The notes under the pieces: model-generated
Database searches by the model: none
Told to the model about the DNA's origin: nothing
What the model saw: the letters and a program-made list of their open reading frames with translations, nothing else
Assembly: GCA_019117485.1 (NCBI GenBank)
Contig: DWZQ01000028.1
Coordinates: 20,555 to 84,554 of the forward strand
DNA length: 64,000 nt
Direction: 5' to 3'
Source of the DNA: Candidatus Agathobaculum intestinipullorum
GTDB lineage: Bacteria; Bacillota; Clostridia; Oscillospirales; Butyricicoccaceae
Shown here: piece after piece, positions 47,349 through 56,867 of the stretch
How positions within the stretch are numbered: position 1 is the first letter of the stretch
Layout of the letters: each line of letters begins with the position of its first letter
Translations under genes and position numbers: made by a program

Positions 47349-47935
47349 GTGCAAAACCGTCTGAAGAAATCAAATTCGTCTTTTTGGACGATAACCACCA
47401 GACGCTGGCCAGCGCCGTTCTGACAAACCAGTCCGGCCAGATGAAAACCTTTCGCCTGACTTACACGCCCAAATGCGATCTGAAAGCTCTCGGGCAGTTC
47501 AATGCGCTGAGCGTCAATTCACCTGAATTTATGGCGTGGCGCGGCAAAGTCCAGCACATGCGTGGCGACAGACTGGATTTCCTTGCCGAGGAGCACATCG
47601 ATTCCCGTCTACGCCGCCATTTGCGTATCCCGTTGTCATTCCGCACCTACCTGTACCCGTTTTACGGGCAGGGAACGCGGCTGCCGGTCATCAGCAAGGA
47701 TATCAGCTGCGGCGGTATCGCCCTGCACTGCGTCTCCAACCTCAAGCTCAATTCCAAATTTGAGATCGCGCTGCCCTGCACCGATCCCCCCATCATCGTC
47801 AAGGTCAGTGTCGTGCGTGTTATCAACGCAGAAAAGAACCTGTACGCCTGCCAGTTTATCGACCTTCTCCCGCAGGAGGAGGCCATGATTCAGGAAAGCA
47901 TTTTCGATTACGACCTACACCACCATTCGGCATAA
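47345..47935 (+). CDS. PilZ domain protein (YcgR/MotI-like candidate c-di-GMP receptor)
   Basis: RRHLR (RxxxR) followed by DISCGG (DxSxxG). The ATG overlaps the upstream stop (ATGA). Confidence 0.8.
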   Translation: MSAKPSEEIKFVFLDDNHQTLASAVLTNQSGQMKTFRLTYTPKCDLKALGQFNALSVNSPEFMAWRGKVQHMRGDRLDFLAEEHIDSRLRRHLRIPLSFRTYLYPFYGQGTRLPVISKDISCGGIALHCVSNLKLNSKFEIALPCTDPPIIVKVSVVRVINAEKNLYACQFIDLLPQEEAMIQESIFDYDLHHHSA

Positions 47936-47978
47936 GCCGGCTGAACCATCCAAATCTCAAAGCAAAGGTGTTGTTAGT

Positions 47979-50900
47979 ATGTTACATATCCGTCAATCCT
48001 TCCTGCAAGCCGCCAAGCGCGCCTGTGCGCTGCTGCTATGCACCTGCCTTCTTCTAAGCCTTTTCCCATCGATAACCCCTTCCGCTCATGCGGCAGAGGA
48101 AGACTATTATCTCAACCGTCTGGTATCATGGGATATCATGCGTGGCGATCAGGATGGCAACCTTGAACCGGAGCGTTCGATCACGCGCGCAGAGTTTGTC
48201 ACCCTGCTCAACCGTACTTTCGGCTATACCAAGACCGGCGCCCAGCCGTTTAAGGATGTCGAACTGAAAGACTGGTATTATGACGATATCAGCGCGGCCT
48301 ATACCGCAGGCTATTTCCAAGGCACCGACACAAATGCCGCCTCCCCCGAAGCAACGCTGACGCGCGAGGAAGCGGCCACCATGCTGTGCCGCAATCTGAT
48401 GCTGCAACCGCTGTCGGGGGAGGACCTGTCCTTCTCGGACAGCCATCAGGCCAGCAGCTGGAGCCGCGGCTATATTAAAGCTGCCGCCGAAGAAGGTATC
48501 CTGCGCGGCGACCCGGACGGCCGCTTCCGCCCGCTTGACAACATCACGCGCGGCGAAGTCGCAATTATGCTCGTGCGTGTCATCGGCACGCCTATTCAAG
48601 ATCCCGGCACATATTCCACCTCGGTTGCCGGCAACCTGATGGTTTCCTGTTCCGGCGTAACACTGGAAAATATGACGGTCACCGGTGACCTGTACATCAC
48701 CGGCGGCGTTGGCCTCGGCTATGTGACGCTGAGCAACGTGACCGTATACGGTAAGATCATCGCCAGCGGCGCGGGCGAAAGCAACAAGGGCGATTGCAGT
48801 ATTATCCTGAAGAACTGCACCGCGCCCGAAATGATTGTCGACAGCCCGTCCAACCAATATGTTACGGTTCGCACGGTTGGTGATACTGATATTGATAAAG
48901 TCTACGTCCGCACAAACACCTATCTGGAAGGGAAGTCTACCGGCAGCCACGGCTTCCAGTACATTGAAATCGACGGCGAGCAAGGCACCCGTCTCGATCT
49001 TGCCGGCAACATCCATGAGGTTGTCACCATGACGCCGGAATCCGCGATCAACGTCGGCAGCGGCACGGTGGAGAAAATGACCATCGACGAGCACGCGACC
49101 GGTTCTACCGTGTCGATCGCACAAGGCGCGGTTGTGGAGGAACTGAACCTCGATACCGCGACATCCGTGACCGGTAAGGGTGATATCGGCACGCTCAATG
49201 TCAATGCACCGGGCTGCACGGTGGAAATGCTGCCGGATGATATCAACATCCGTCCCGGCATCACCGCAGACATCAACGGCACCACAATGGACAGTACGCT
49301 TGCCGACCAGATGTCTGACTACCCGCGCATCCTGAGCAGCTACCCGCGTATGGACGACATCGCCCCAACGCAAGCTGAGGCTGCTTTCAAGACCAACAAA
49401 CCCGGCACAATCTACTGGGCCGTTCGCCTGAGCGGTGACGGCGCGATGAGCGCCGGCGACCTGATCAAGCCGCCCACCTATGGTGCCAACATCGTCAAGA
49501 ATGGTAACTTGGCTGTGAAGGACGCAAACGAAGTGCTGTCACAGATTATCAATGGCTTACAGATTGATACTTCTTATGTCCTATCCGCTGTGCTGGTAGA
49601 CAGCCGCGAGGATCAAAGCCCGGTCAAGAGTGTCTACTTCACTACGCCGGACAACAGCAAGCCGAATTTTGCTTCCGGTTACCCCAAAGCGTCCAACATT
49701 GAAGACACCTATGTCGACTTTGACGTCGCCACCACCAAAACCTGCACGCTTTATTGGGCAGTTTACAAGAAAGGCATGGCCGCGCCGACCATCAACGAAT
49801 TCAAGGACGGCTCGCTGAGCGGTGCAATCGACTTCGGCTCCCGCAAGATGGTCCGCAGCGAAGAGGATAGCATCCGCATGGGCAACGTGATTGAAACCGC
49901 CAAAAACGCCCTTGCCGAGCTGACCGATTATGACGCCTATTTCTTCCTGACCGACACGGTCAACGATTCGGCCATTAAGAAAGTATCCTTTACCACAGCC
50001 GACCGTACCCCGCCGGAATTCCTTGCCAACTATCCGCGCATCACCAAAATTGATAGAACCTCTTTGACTGGCGAAGGCGCCATCAATGAGGACGGCACGG
50101 TATACTGGGCGATCGTCAAGCATGGCGCTACCTATCCCATTGAAAACGCAGCACTGACGGACGACGAAGCCCGCGAGCTTGATTATAAGCTTCAGATCAT
50201 GGGCGGCATGTATGCGCTCAAGAGCGGCTCGTTTAACGCCAAGGAGAACGCATCAACCTCGTTTAACATGAGCGGGCTGGAAGCGGAAACCGCTTATGAT
50301 ATCTACTTTGTGGCCGAGGACGATTCAGGCAACCTGTCCGACATCAAGGTGCTCGAAAACGCCAAGACGCTTGACGAGAACGCTCCTAAACTGGTCGAAC
50401 TGCGCTTCTCTGACGCCAATCCAGATAATATACCGTTAGCGAGCACAGATATCACGTTGGTGTTCAGCGAGGATATCTATGACCGCCAGACACAGCTTTC
50501 GCTTGTCGAAATGTACGAGCAGGCTGAAGCCGAGGGTATGGATACCACGTTCCGCGTAGCCAACAGCAAAGATGAAACCATCACATGGGAACAGGCTGTA
50601 CGCGGTATGTTCACGCTGATCAATCTGGACATCAATGACCCCAACGCCAACAAAGTAGACTACGCGATCGATTGCGTCAGCGTTTCCCTTAACGAAGACG
50701 GTCAGACCGAAGTCACCTTTGCCAACGATGGCCTTGGACTGAAGAGCGGCACGAAATATCAGTTCATTTTGAACAACGTAACCGATTCCTCCCTCAACCT
50801 CATGCCGGAAAACACCCCATCTAAGGAATTCCGTATTCTGGACGCACAGGTCAACTTCTACGATCTGGGCGAGGTGACATTGGATGCATCTGACCCAAGC

Positions 50901-52907
50901 GCGGATAATATTATCGACGCAGCGTTCTCCATGGTACCCTACGGCAGCAGCGTTGAGGAATCGCCCGATGATACCTATTACGACCTGATTATCGGCTCGG
51001 ATACCTCCATCACATTTGAACTTTATCGCCGTAAGTACAATGATACTGACAAAACATGGACAAAGACCGTTACAGCCGATGGCTCAGGCATTTTCTCCAT
51101 CACTTATAGCCCCGGCACCCCCTCCGCTCCGATTGACTGGTATGCGGCCAGCTATAACCGCACGGTTTACGGCACGGATAACAATCAATATCCCAAGCTT
51201 CGCTCTATTGAAAAGGGATATGAATATGCAATCCATATTGTTTCCATTGGCGGCGAAAGTGACCGCGACAAGTGGAATGCAACGATTAACCTCAGTATCT
51301 TCTGCGTTACCGGCACGCGTACCAATCTGCTTCAGCTGGTAAATCAGCAGTTGAACAGCGACACATTTAACGCGGACCTTTCCAAGGGCAATATCACTTC
51401 CATCGGCGAGCCTACGCCATATGAACGCGAAATCCGTTTGCCGAACCAGTCTGCACCGCAGTTTATCGAAACCTATCCGCGTGCACTGCCAGGCGATTCC
51501 GTAACCACCATCCAGTATCAGCTTGACCGTGATGCAACGCTTTTCTATGTAGTTGCACCGTATGCCAGCCTGCAACCAGCCGGTATGACACCCGATCCAG
51601 CTACATCAGCCGGTGCAGTTGATCCCACACAGCCAGAGACGGATAACGGTATTGCTGACATTGGCGATTCCGCACACTATATCCAGTTCCCAAGTGCTGT
51701 CCGCGATATGAACATCTCTTTGCCCAATGCCAACCAAATCATGAACCCCAGCACCTATTACAGTACGGCAAATGGATTCCGCTACGGTAACCAGCAGTAC
51801 ACACTGGGCGGCGGCCTATCCAGTTTCCGCGTAGAAGATCTGGATGCCAACAGTTGGTATTATGTTTATTTCGTCCTGCAAGGCTCGTTTAATGAACCAT
51901 CCCCTGTGATGTGCTATAAGTTTAATACCGCGGACGTACAGCCGCCTGAACTGGAAGCACAGGCCTCCAGCTCCAGCGACGCTTCCTACACAGTAAAACC
52001 GCCTACCGTGGATGGCATGATGGATGTTTCCTCTAATTGGGCGCTTTATCAGTCCAGTGCGCTTCCCACACTGCTTCAGTCCACCGTCACTGTGAAGGGA
52101 CAGCCGACAAACCTTTTGCCCCTGTTGGAAAGCGGCGAGTTCAATACATTGGAGGCAGATACGCCGGCACAAGAATCAAATGGTTCCCCCACAACCGTTG
52201 GCGATCTGCGCAACAAATTGATGGATCTCGTTTTGGGCCGCGGTGAAGTACCCGGCAACTCACAATTTGGCAGTCAGGAGTTCACAGATGTTACCACCCG
52301 CAATCCCGGAACACACCGAGACTTTATTGATCCTGATAAAATTATGATCAATACGCCTTATACGCTGGTTGTTGCCGCGCAAAATGTGCAAGGCGGCATT
52401 CCCGTGTTCCGCGCGGTCAGTGGCATTCGATATGTCAATTACGAGGGTCTGAAGATTGTTTCCTTGACCACTTCACCGAATCGCTTTTCGACAGAAACCG
52501 AGTTCACCGGTTTTTTATCGATCAATTTCGATGGTGCCCTGTATTATCTTGACAACAACTATCAAGACCACAGTTTAACAAAGCCGTTGAACCTGTACAG
52601 GCCACGCATACACGATGCGCAAATTACCATAGGTGATGCGGAGTTAGCCGAATCAGACAACAATCGAATGCTGAAAGTGGACGTCACGAAGGCACTTTCC
52701 GGCGCTTTGCTCCAAATCATCCCGACATCCTCTCAGGATGCAACCGGCGAAAGCATCGACGATGACTTCAAGAACGAAGCCGGTGTCGGCCGTAGAGTCA
52801 TTACGTTGCGCTTGGAGCACACAGCAGATGGCGTATGGCAGTTTGTCATCGCTGACGGCGGCCCGTATAACGGCATGACATCAGAAACCGCCACCCCGGG
52901 AACCTAA
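47979..52907 (+). CDS. SLH-domain cell-surface (S-layer-type) protein, 1642 aa
   Basis: Signal peptide (ALLLCTCLLLSLFPSITPSAHA), three SLH repeats (about aa 45-205, e.g. ITRAEFVTLLNR, LTREEAATMLCR, ITRGEVAIMLVR), then a long beta-rich region with internal repeats. Confidence 0.85.
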   Translation: MLHIRQSFLQAAKRACALLLCTCLLLSLFPSITPSAHAAEEDYYLNRLVSWDIMRGDQDGNLEPERSITRAEFVTLLNRTFGYTKTGAQPFKDVELKDWYYDDISAAYTAGYFQGTDTNAASPEATLTREEAATMLCRNLMLQPLSGEDLSFSDSHQASSWSRGYIKAAAEEGILRGDPDGRFRPLDNITRGEVAIMLVRVIGTPIQDPGTYSTSVAGNLMVSCSGVTLENMTVTGDLYITGGVGLGYVTLSNVTVYGKIIASGAGESNKGDCSIILKNCTAPEMIVDSPSNQYVTVRTVGDTDIDKVYVRTNTYLEGKSTGSHGFQYIEIDGEQGTRLDLAGNIHEVVTMTPESAINVGSGTVEKMTIDEHATGSTVSIAQGAVVEELNLDTATSVTGKGDIGTLNVNAPGCTVEMLPDDINIRPGITADINGTTMDSTLADQMSDYPRILSSYPRMDDIAPTQAEAAFKTNKPGTIYWAVRLSGDGAMSAGDLIKPPTYGANIVKNGNLAVKDANEVLSQIINGLQIDTSYVLSAVLVDSREDQSPVKSVYFTTPDNSKPNFASGYPKASNIEDTYVDFDVATTKTCTLYWAVYKKGMAAPTINEFKDGSLSGAIDFGSRKMVRSEEDSIRMGNVIETAKNALAELTDYDAYFFLTDTVNDSAIKKVSFTTADRTPPEFLANYPRITKIDRTSLTGEGAINEDGTVYWAIVKHGATYPIENAALTDDEARELDYKLQIMGGMYALKSGSFNAKENASTSFNMSGLEAETAYDIYFVAEDDSGNLSDIKVLENAKTLDENAPKLVELRFSDANPDNIPLASTDITLVFSEDIYDRQTQLSLVEMYEQAEAEGMDTTFRVANSKDETITWEQAVRGMFTLINLDINDPNANKVDYAIDCVSVSLNEDGQTEVTFANDGLGLKSGTKYQFILNNVTDSSLNLMPENTPSKEFRILDAQVNFYDLGEVTLDASDPSADNIIDAAFSMVPYGSSVEESPDDTYYDLIIGSDTSITFELYRRKYNDTDKTWTKTVTADGSGIFSITYSPGTPSAPIDWYAASYNRTVYGTDNNQYPKLRSIEKGYEYAIHIVSIGGESDRDKWNATINLSIFCVTGTRTNLLQLVNQQLNSDTFNADLSKGNITSIGEPTPYEREIRLPNQSAPQFIETYPRALPGDSVTTIQYQLDRDATLFYVVAPYASLQPAGMTPDPATSAGAVDPTQPETDNGIADIGDSAHYIQFPSAVRDMNISLPNANQIMNPSTYYSTANGFRYGNQQYTLGGGLSSFRVEDLDANSWYYVYFVLQGSFNEPSPVMCYKFNTADVQPPELEAQASSSSDASYTVKPPTVDGMMDVSSNWALYQSSALPTLLQSTVTVKGQPTNLLPLLESGEFNTLEADTPAQESNGSPTTVGDLRNKLMDLVLGRGEVPGNSQFGSQEFTDVTTRNPGTHRDFIDPDKIMINTPYTLVVAAQNVQGGIPVFRAVSGIRYVNYEGLKIVSLTTSPNRFSTETEFTGFLSINFDGALYYLDNNYQDHSLTKPLNLYRPRIHDAQITIGDAELAESDNNRMLKVDVTKALSGALLQIIPTSSQDATGESIDDDFKNEAGVGRRVITLRLEHTADGVWQFVIADGGPYNGMTSETATPGT
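49330..50400 (+). repeat. three tandem ~115-aa protein modules inside the SLH protein, with a fourth diverged copy at about 51460-51960
   Basis: Recurrent frame: YPR/YPK ... (T/L)(I/L/V)YWA(V/I) ... Y.(L/F) ... F(T/S)T.D...P. Instances are SSYPRMDD..GTIYWAV, SGYPKASN..CTLYWAV, ANYPRITK..GTVYWAI and ETYPRALP..ATLFYVV. Confidence 0.45.
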
Positions 52908-52910
52908 CCC

Positions 52911-52942
52911 AAAAAAAGAAGCCCTCCGGGGCTTCTTTTTTT
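52911..52942 (+). terminator. rho-independent terminator after the SLH gene
   Basis: GAAGCCC-TCCG-GGGCTTC, extended by the flanking A-run and T-run (TTTTTTT). Confidence 0.9.
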
Positions 52943-53041
52943 GCACTTTTTCATTGTGCACTTTAATTTTCCTTCAGTTTGGACGAAAAATAATATATAG
53001 TCAAGATATCATACCACGACGCTGCGAAAGGAGCAGGCCGT

Positions 53042-56000
53042 ATGCAGGCAGTATGGGAAGTATTAGAAAATTTCTATGCCGGCGTGTATGTGGCGGATAT
53101 GAATACTCATGAACTGGTCTACATGAACGCCAAGGCTCGGGAGTGGTTCCAATTATCCTCCCCCGAAGAGTATAAGGGTAAAAAGTGTTATGCACTCTTG
53201 CAGAATGCAACGATTCCCTGCCCATTTTGCACCAATGCCCAGCTACTGGATGACCAATTTTATGAGTGGGATTACTATAACCCCACCCTGAATAAAACCT
53301 TCCACCTAAAAGATTATATCGTCCCTTATAATGGCGAAAAATACCGCATTGAAATTGCCATTCCGGACGACTCCGCAGCCGCTGTGAAAAATGGGGAACT
53401 GCCGGGCATCAATCCGGAAACCTTTATGAACCGTTGCCTCATGGCGACTCATTCAACTTCTACCCCCTCGGTATCGCTTGAGTTGATGATGCAGGACATG
53501 GGTACGCAACTATTCTGCGACAGCATCTGCCTTTATGAGCAAATGGACGACGGCAAATACCAAACCACCTATTTCTGGTCTAATTCACAAACCGAACATC
53601 CGCAAACCGTCTCCATTGACCTATCATATCCGCAGTATATCCAACAGCTATTCCGCAACGAAATCCTGATTTTCAGCGACTCCGATATCCACTATCCCAA
53701 TCCGTCGCAGTTTTCCACGCGCATGGATTTTTCCAAAATCCATACGCTCGTAGTCGCGCCACTCCTATCCAAGGAAAAGATTATCGGTCTGCTGTGGCTG
53801 CAAAACCCAAATTTCAACTATGTACTGACCGTCGCCGGAACAATCAAAGTTTTGACGCACTTTATGGGCACTATCCTTGTCCGCCGCGACCTGATGACCC
53901 ATCTGGAAGCCCTCAGCTATCACGATCAGATGACCCAGATGCTCAATCGCCATGCCCTTAACCACTACATCAGTAGTGATGCGTTCAAAAACCGAAAATC
54001 TATCGGACTGATCTACTGCGATCTGATCGGTCTTAAACGCATCAACGACAATCTGGGGCATAGCAATGGCGACCGGTTGATCATGCAGGCCGCGCAAATC
54101 CTATGCGACCTGTTCTCGTCCAAAAACGTTTACCGCCTTGGCGGCGATGAATTTTTGGTGGTGTGTCAGGATATTTCCAAAAAGCAGCTCAAAGCCCAAA
54201 TCTCCAGGCTCCGCGACCGTGTAGCAGAAGAAAATTGTGCGCTGTCTATTGGTTACACATGGTCTGACTCTATCGATATGGATTTCTCACAACTGCTCAC
54301 CAACGCAGATGGCAGCATGTACCGCGACAAGCTTGCCTACTACCAAAGCCATCAGGAACACGAGCAGCATTATGCGCCAATCCAGTCCACCGCATTTCAA
54401 TCGTTCCTGCAAAACTATTATTTTGATGCAGAAACCTTCTTTCACTCGATTGCCATGCCGGAAACACCCTTTTACCTGTTTTGTGGCGATGTGCTGCGTA
54501 ATGTCTATTACATTTCCGATAATCTGCGTGACACCTTCAATTTTGACAGCAACCTCGTGTATGATTTCCTTTCCCTCATCGAGCAGCGCATTTATGAACC
54601 GGATCGCCAGCTTCATATCAATAGTTCACAGGCTATGTTGCGTGAGAAGCATACCACCTATAGTATCCGCTACCGTATTTACAACAAAGATGGACAGCTG
54701 GTCTGGATGCATTGTCGTGGTATCCTATTGTGGAACGCGGATAAATCCAAAGCGTTGTTCTGCTCCGGCAGTATGATCAGCCTGAAAAATGAATCCGAGG
54801 TGGATTCCATCACAGGGCTATTGAATGTAACCTGTGCCATGTCCGAATTGGCGGTGCTTTGCCACCAGAAAACAAACTTTCTGATGTGCTGCTTCAGCCT
54901 GCGAAGGTTTTCGGATATTAACCTATCCTTTGGCCGCGGCACTGGTGACACCATCCTGCGTGAAATTGCCAGCCGTATGGAATCCGAACTGGGCGACCAG
55001 TACAAATTTTTCCGTCTGGATGGCGTCTGCTTCCTGATTATCACCGAACAAGGATGCGCCCCGCGCGTACTGGCCAATACCATCCACCAAATCGTATTGG
55101 AGGTATACCGCAACAACGATATCCATATCATGTACCCTTGCGCCATCGGGGTGCTGCACGCCCCGCATGATGGGGTTACCCCACAAGAACTGATCAACAA
55201 TGTAATGATCGCTTCGCAAAACGCGAAAAAGACCCCATCTGCCGAGTTTGTTGAGTTTTCCAATCCTATTTCAGCTGGCTGCCGTGAACAAAGCAATATC
55301 AATCTGGCACTCAACTACAGCGTCAACCACGGTTTTCAGGATTTCCGCATCGTTATCCAGCCGCAGGTGCTCACAACTACCGGCCAAATTTACGGCGGCG
55401 AGGTACTGTTGCGTTGGAAATTCGATGGGCAGGATATACCACCGTCTAAGTTTGTCCCTATTCTGGAACAGCTCGGCCTGATCGTCCCTGTCGGCAAATG
55501 GGTTGTTACACAGATCATGCAGTTTTGTGAGGAAATTTTCGTGCGGTTCCCTGCTTTCCGGTTGTCCTTCAACGTCAGCTATTTACAGATCCTTGATCCG
55601 GTCTTTTTTGACTACATTCAGGATGCTATGCACCTCTATAACGTTCCCGGCAAAAATATTATGATCGAACTGACCGAAACGCATTTCGATGAAATGCCGG
55701 ACTATTTGGATCGTTTTATCCACCGCTGTGAAAAGGTCGGTATCTCATTTGTACTGGATGACTTCGGAACGGCTTATTCCAGCCTTCAGCTTCTTTTGCA
55801 ATACCCGGCCGACCTAATCAAGCTTGACCGGACGCTGATGTGTGAGCTTACTTCTGCGCCGGAAAAACTTAACTTTATGATGAGTATCATCTATGCTTGC
55901 CACCGCTTTGGCAAAAAAGTGTGTGTGGAAGGCGTGGAAACCGAAGAGGAGCTGAACATCGTACGTCAAACCGAATGTGATTTTATTCAGGGGTATTATT

Positions 56001-56068
56001 TTTATGAACCATTGGAACTTCCTGAATTCTCTCGCATCCTGCGCAACGAAAACGAAGCACTGCGTTAA
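53042..56068 (+). CDS. multidomain c-di-GMP turnover protein: Cys-rich PAS-like, GAF, GGDEF, PAS, degenerate GGDEF, EAL
   Basis: Intact RLGGDEFLV. The second cyclase-like domain has FFRLDGVCFLI (degenerate). The EAL domain has GGEVLLRW, ELTE, DDFGTAYSSL, KLDR, EGVETEEE and QGYYF. Confidence 0.9.
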   Translation: MQAVWEVLENFYAGVYVADMNTHELVYMNAKAREWFQLSSPEEYKGKKCYALLQNATIPCPFCTNAQLLDDQFYEWDYYNPTLNKTFHLKDYIVPYNGEKYRIEIAIPDDSAAAVKNGELPGINPETFMNRCLMATHSTSTPSVSLELMMQDMGTQLFCDSICLYEQMDDGKYQTTYFWSNSQTEHPQTVSIDLSYPQYIQQLFRNEILIFSDSDIHYPNPSQFSTRMDFSKIHTLVVAPLLSKEKIIGLLWLQNPNFNYVLTVAGTIKVLTHFMGTILVRRDLMTHLEALSYHDQMTQMLNRHALNHYISSDAFKNRKSIGLIYCDLIGLKRINDNLGHSNGDRLIMQAAQILCDLFSSKNVYRLGGDEFLVVCQDISKKQLKAQISRLRDRVAEENCALSIGYTWSDSIDMDFSQLLTNADGSMYRDKLAYYQSHQEHEQHYAPIQSTAFQSFLQNYYFDAETFFHSIAMPETPFYLFCGDVLRNVYYISDNLRDTFNFDSNLVYDFLSLIEQRIYEPDRQLHINSSQAMLREKHTTYSIRYRIYNKDGQLVWMHCRGILLWNADKSKALFCSGSMISLKNESEVDSITGLLNVTCAMSELAVLCHQKTNFLMCCFSLRRFSDINLSFGRGTGDTILREIASRMESELGDQYKFFRLDGVCFLIITEQGCAPRVLANTIHQIVLEVYRNNDIHIMYPCAIGVLHAPHDGVTPQELINNVMIASQNAKKTPSAEFVEFSNPISAGCREQSNINLALNYSVNHGFQDFRIVIQPQVLTTTGQIYGGEVLLRWKFDGQDIPPSKFVPILEQLGLIVPVGKWVVTQIMQFCEEIFVRFPAFRLSFNVSYLQILDPVFFDYIQDAMHLYNVPGKNIMIELTETHFDEMPDYLDRFIHRCEKVGISFVLDDFGTAYSSLQLLLQYPADLIKLDRTLMCELTSAPEKLNFMMSIIYACHRFGKKVCVEGVETEEELNIVRQTECDFIQGYYFYEPLELPEFSRILRNENEALR

Positions 56069-56158
56069 GGCAATACCGCACCATTACGTTTGCGGCACTT
56101 TACAAAACGCCCCGGCATTCCCTTAGCACCCGCCCACTGCATGGAAAGGACGATATCT

Positions 56159-56830
56159 ATGGCGCATTATGCAGCATCAATGAAACAATTGGTTGGTTGC
56201 CCTTGTGAAGTGCTCAAATTGGACAATCAAATTCTGTTTGCCGGTACGGTTCAGGGATACGATATTGAAAACGAAGATCTGGCGATTGCTATCCGGAAAG
56301 GCACCGAAACACCGCGCGGCATTGTTTACCATACCCCGGTCAAGCTGCATGTCCACACCGACCGATCCCTGCAAAAGGTGATGCTGCTTTACGGCGTTGT
56401 TACGCGTTGTGCAGCGGATTTCTGGAAGATTACGCTCAAATACACGTTTGCCTGCGTAGAGCGCCGCAGCAATTTCCGCCAGACGGTTTTTGCGGAAGCG
56501 GTCGTGACCCGAAACTTCGATGAAGAAGTGGAACAGCAATCTTCCTCCCCCTGCCGCATCATGGATGTCAGCCTGTCCGGTCTGTGCTTCCGCAACCGGG
56601 AGACCTACTTGCCAGGTGAAACGATCGAGGTTTCCTCGATACAGCTGCGGCAGGACGGCCCAATCTATACGTTTATCTGCACAGTAGAACGCTCTTGGCC
56701 ACTGGAAAACGGCCGGGCAGGCGAAATGTGCTATGGCTGCAAATACAAAGACATTCCCGAGCATGAGGAAGACCAGTTGTTCCACGACTTGTTCTCGTTA
56801 CAGATCAAGGCGCTCAACCGGCTGCGATGA
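56159..56830 (+). CDS. PilZ domain protein
   Basis: RRSNFR (RxxxR) then MDVSLSG (DxSxxG). GGAAAGGA lies 8 nt before ATG 56159. Confidence 0.75.
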   Translation: MAHYAASMKQLVGCPCEVLKLDNQILFAGTVQGYDIENEDLAIAIRKGTETPRGIVYHTPVKLHVHTDRSLQKVMLLYGVVTRCAADFWKITLKYTFACVERRSNFRQTVFAEAVVTRNFDEEVEQQSSSPCRIMDVSLSGLCFRNRETYLPGETIEVSSIQLRQDGPIYTFICTVERSWPLENGRAGEMCYGCKYKDIPEHEEDQLFHDLFSLQIKALNRLR

Positions 56831-56835
56831 CATAG

Positions 56836-56867
56836 AAACAACCGTCCCTCACGGGACGGTTGTTTTT
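56836..56867. terminator. bidirectional terminator
   Basis: Perfect 13-bp stem AAACAACCGTCCC/GGGACGGTTGTTT with a 4-nt loop and a T-run. The stop codon of the convergent XRE gene lies in the loop. Confidence 0.9.
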
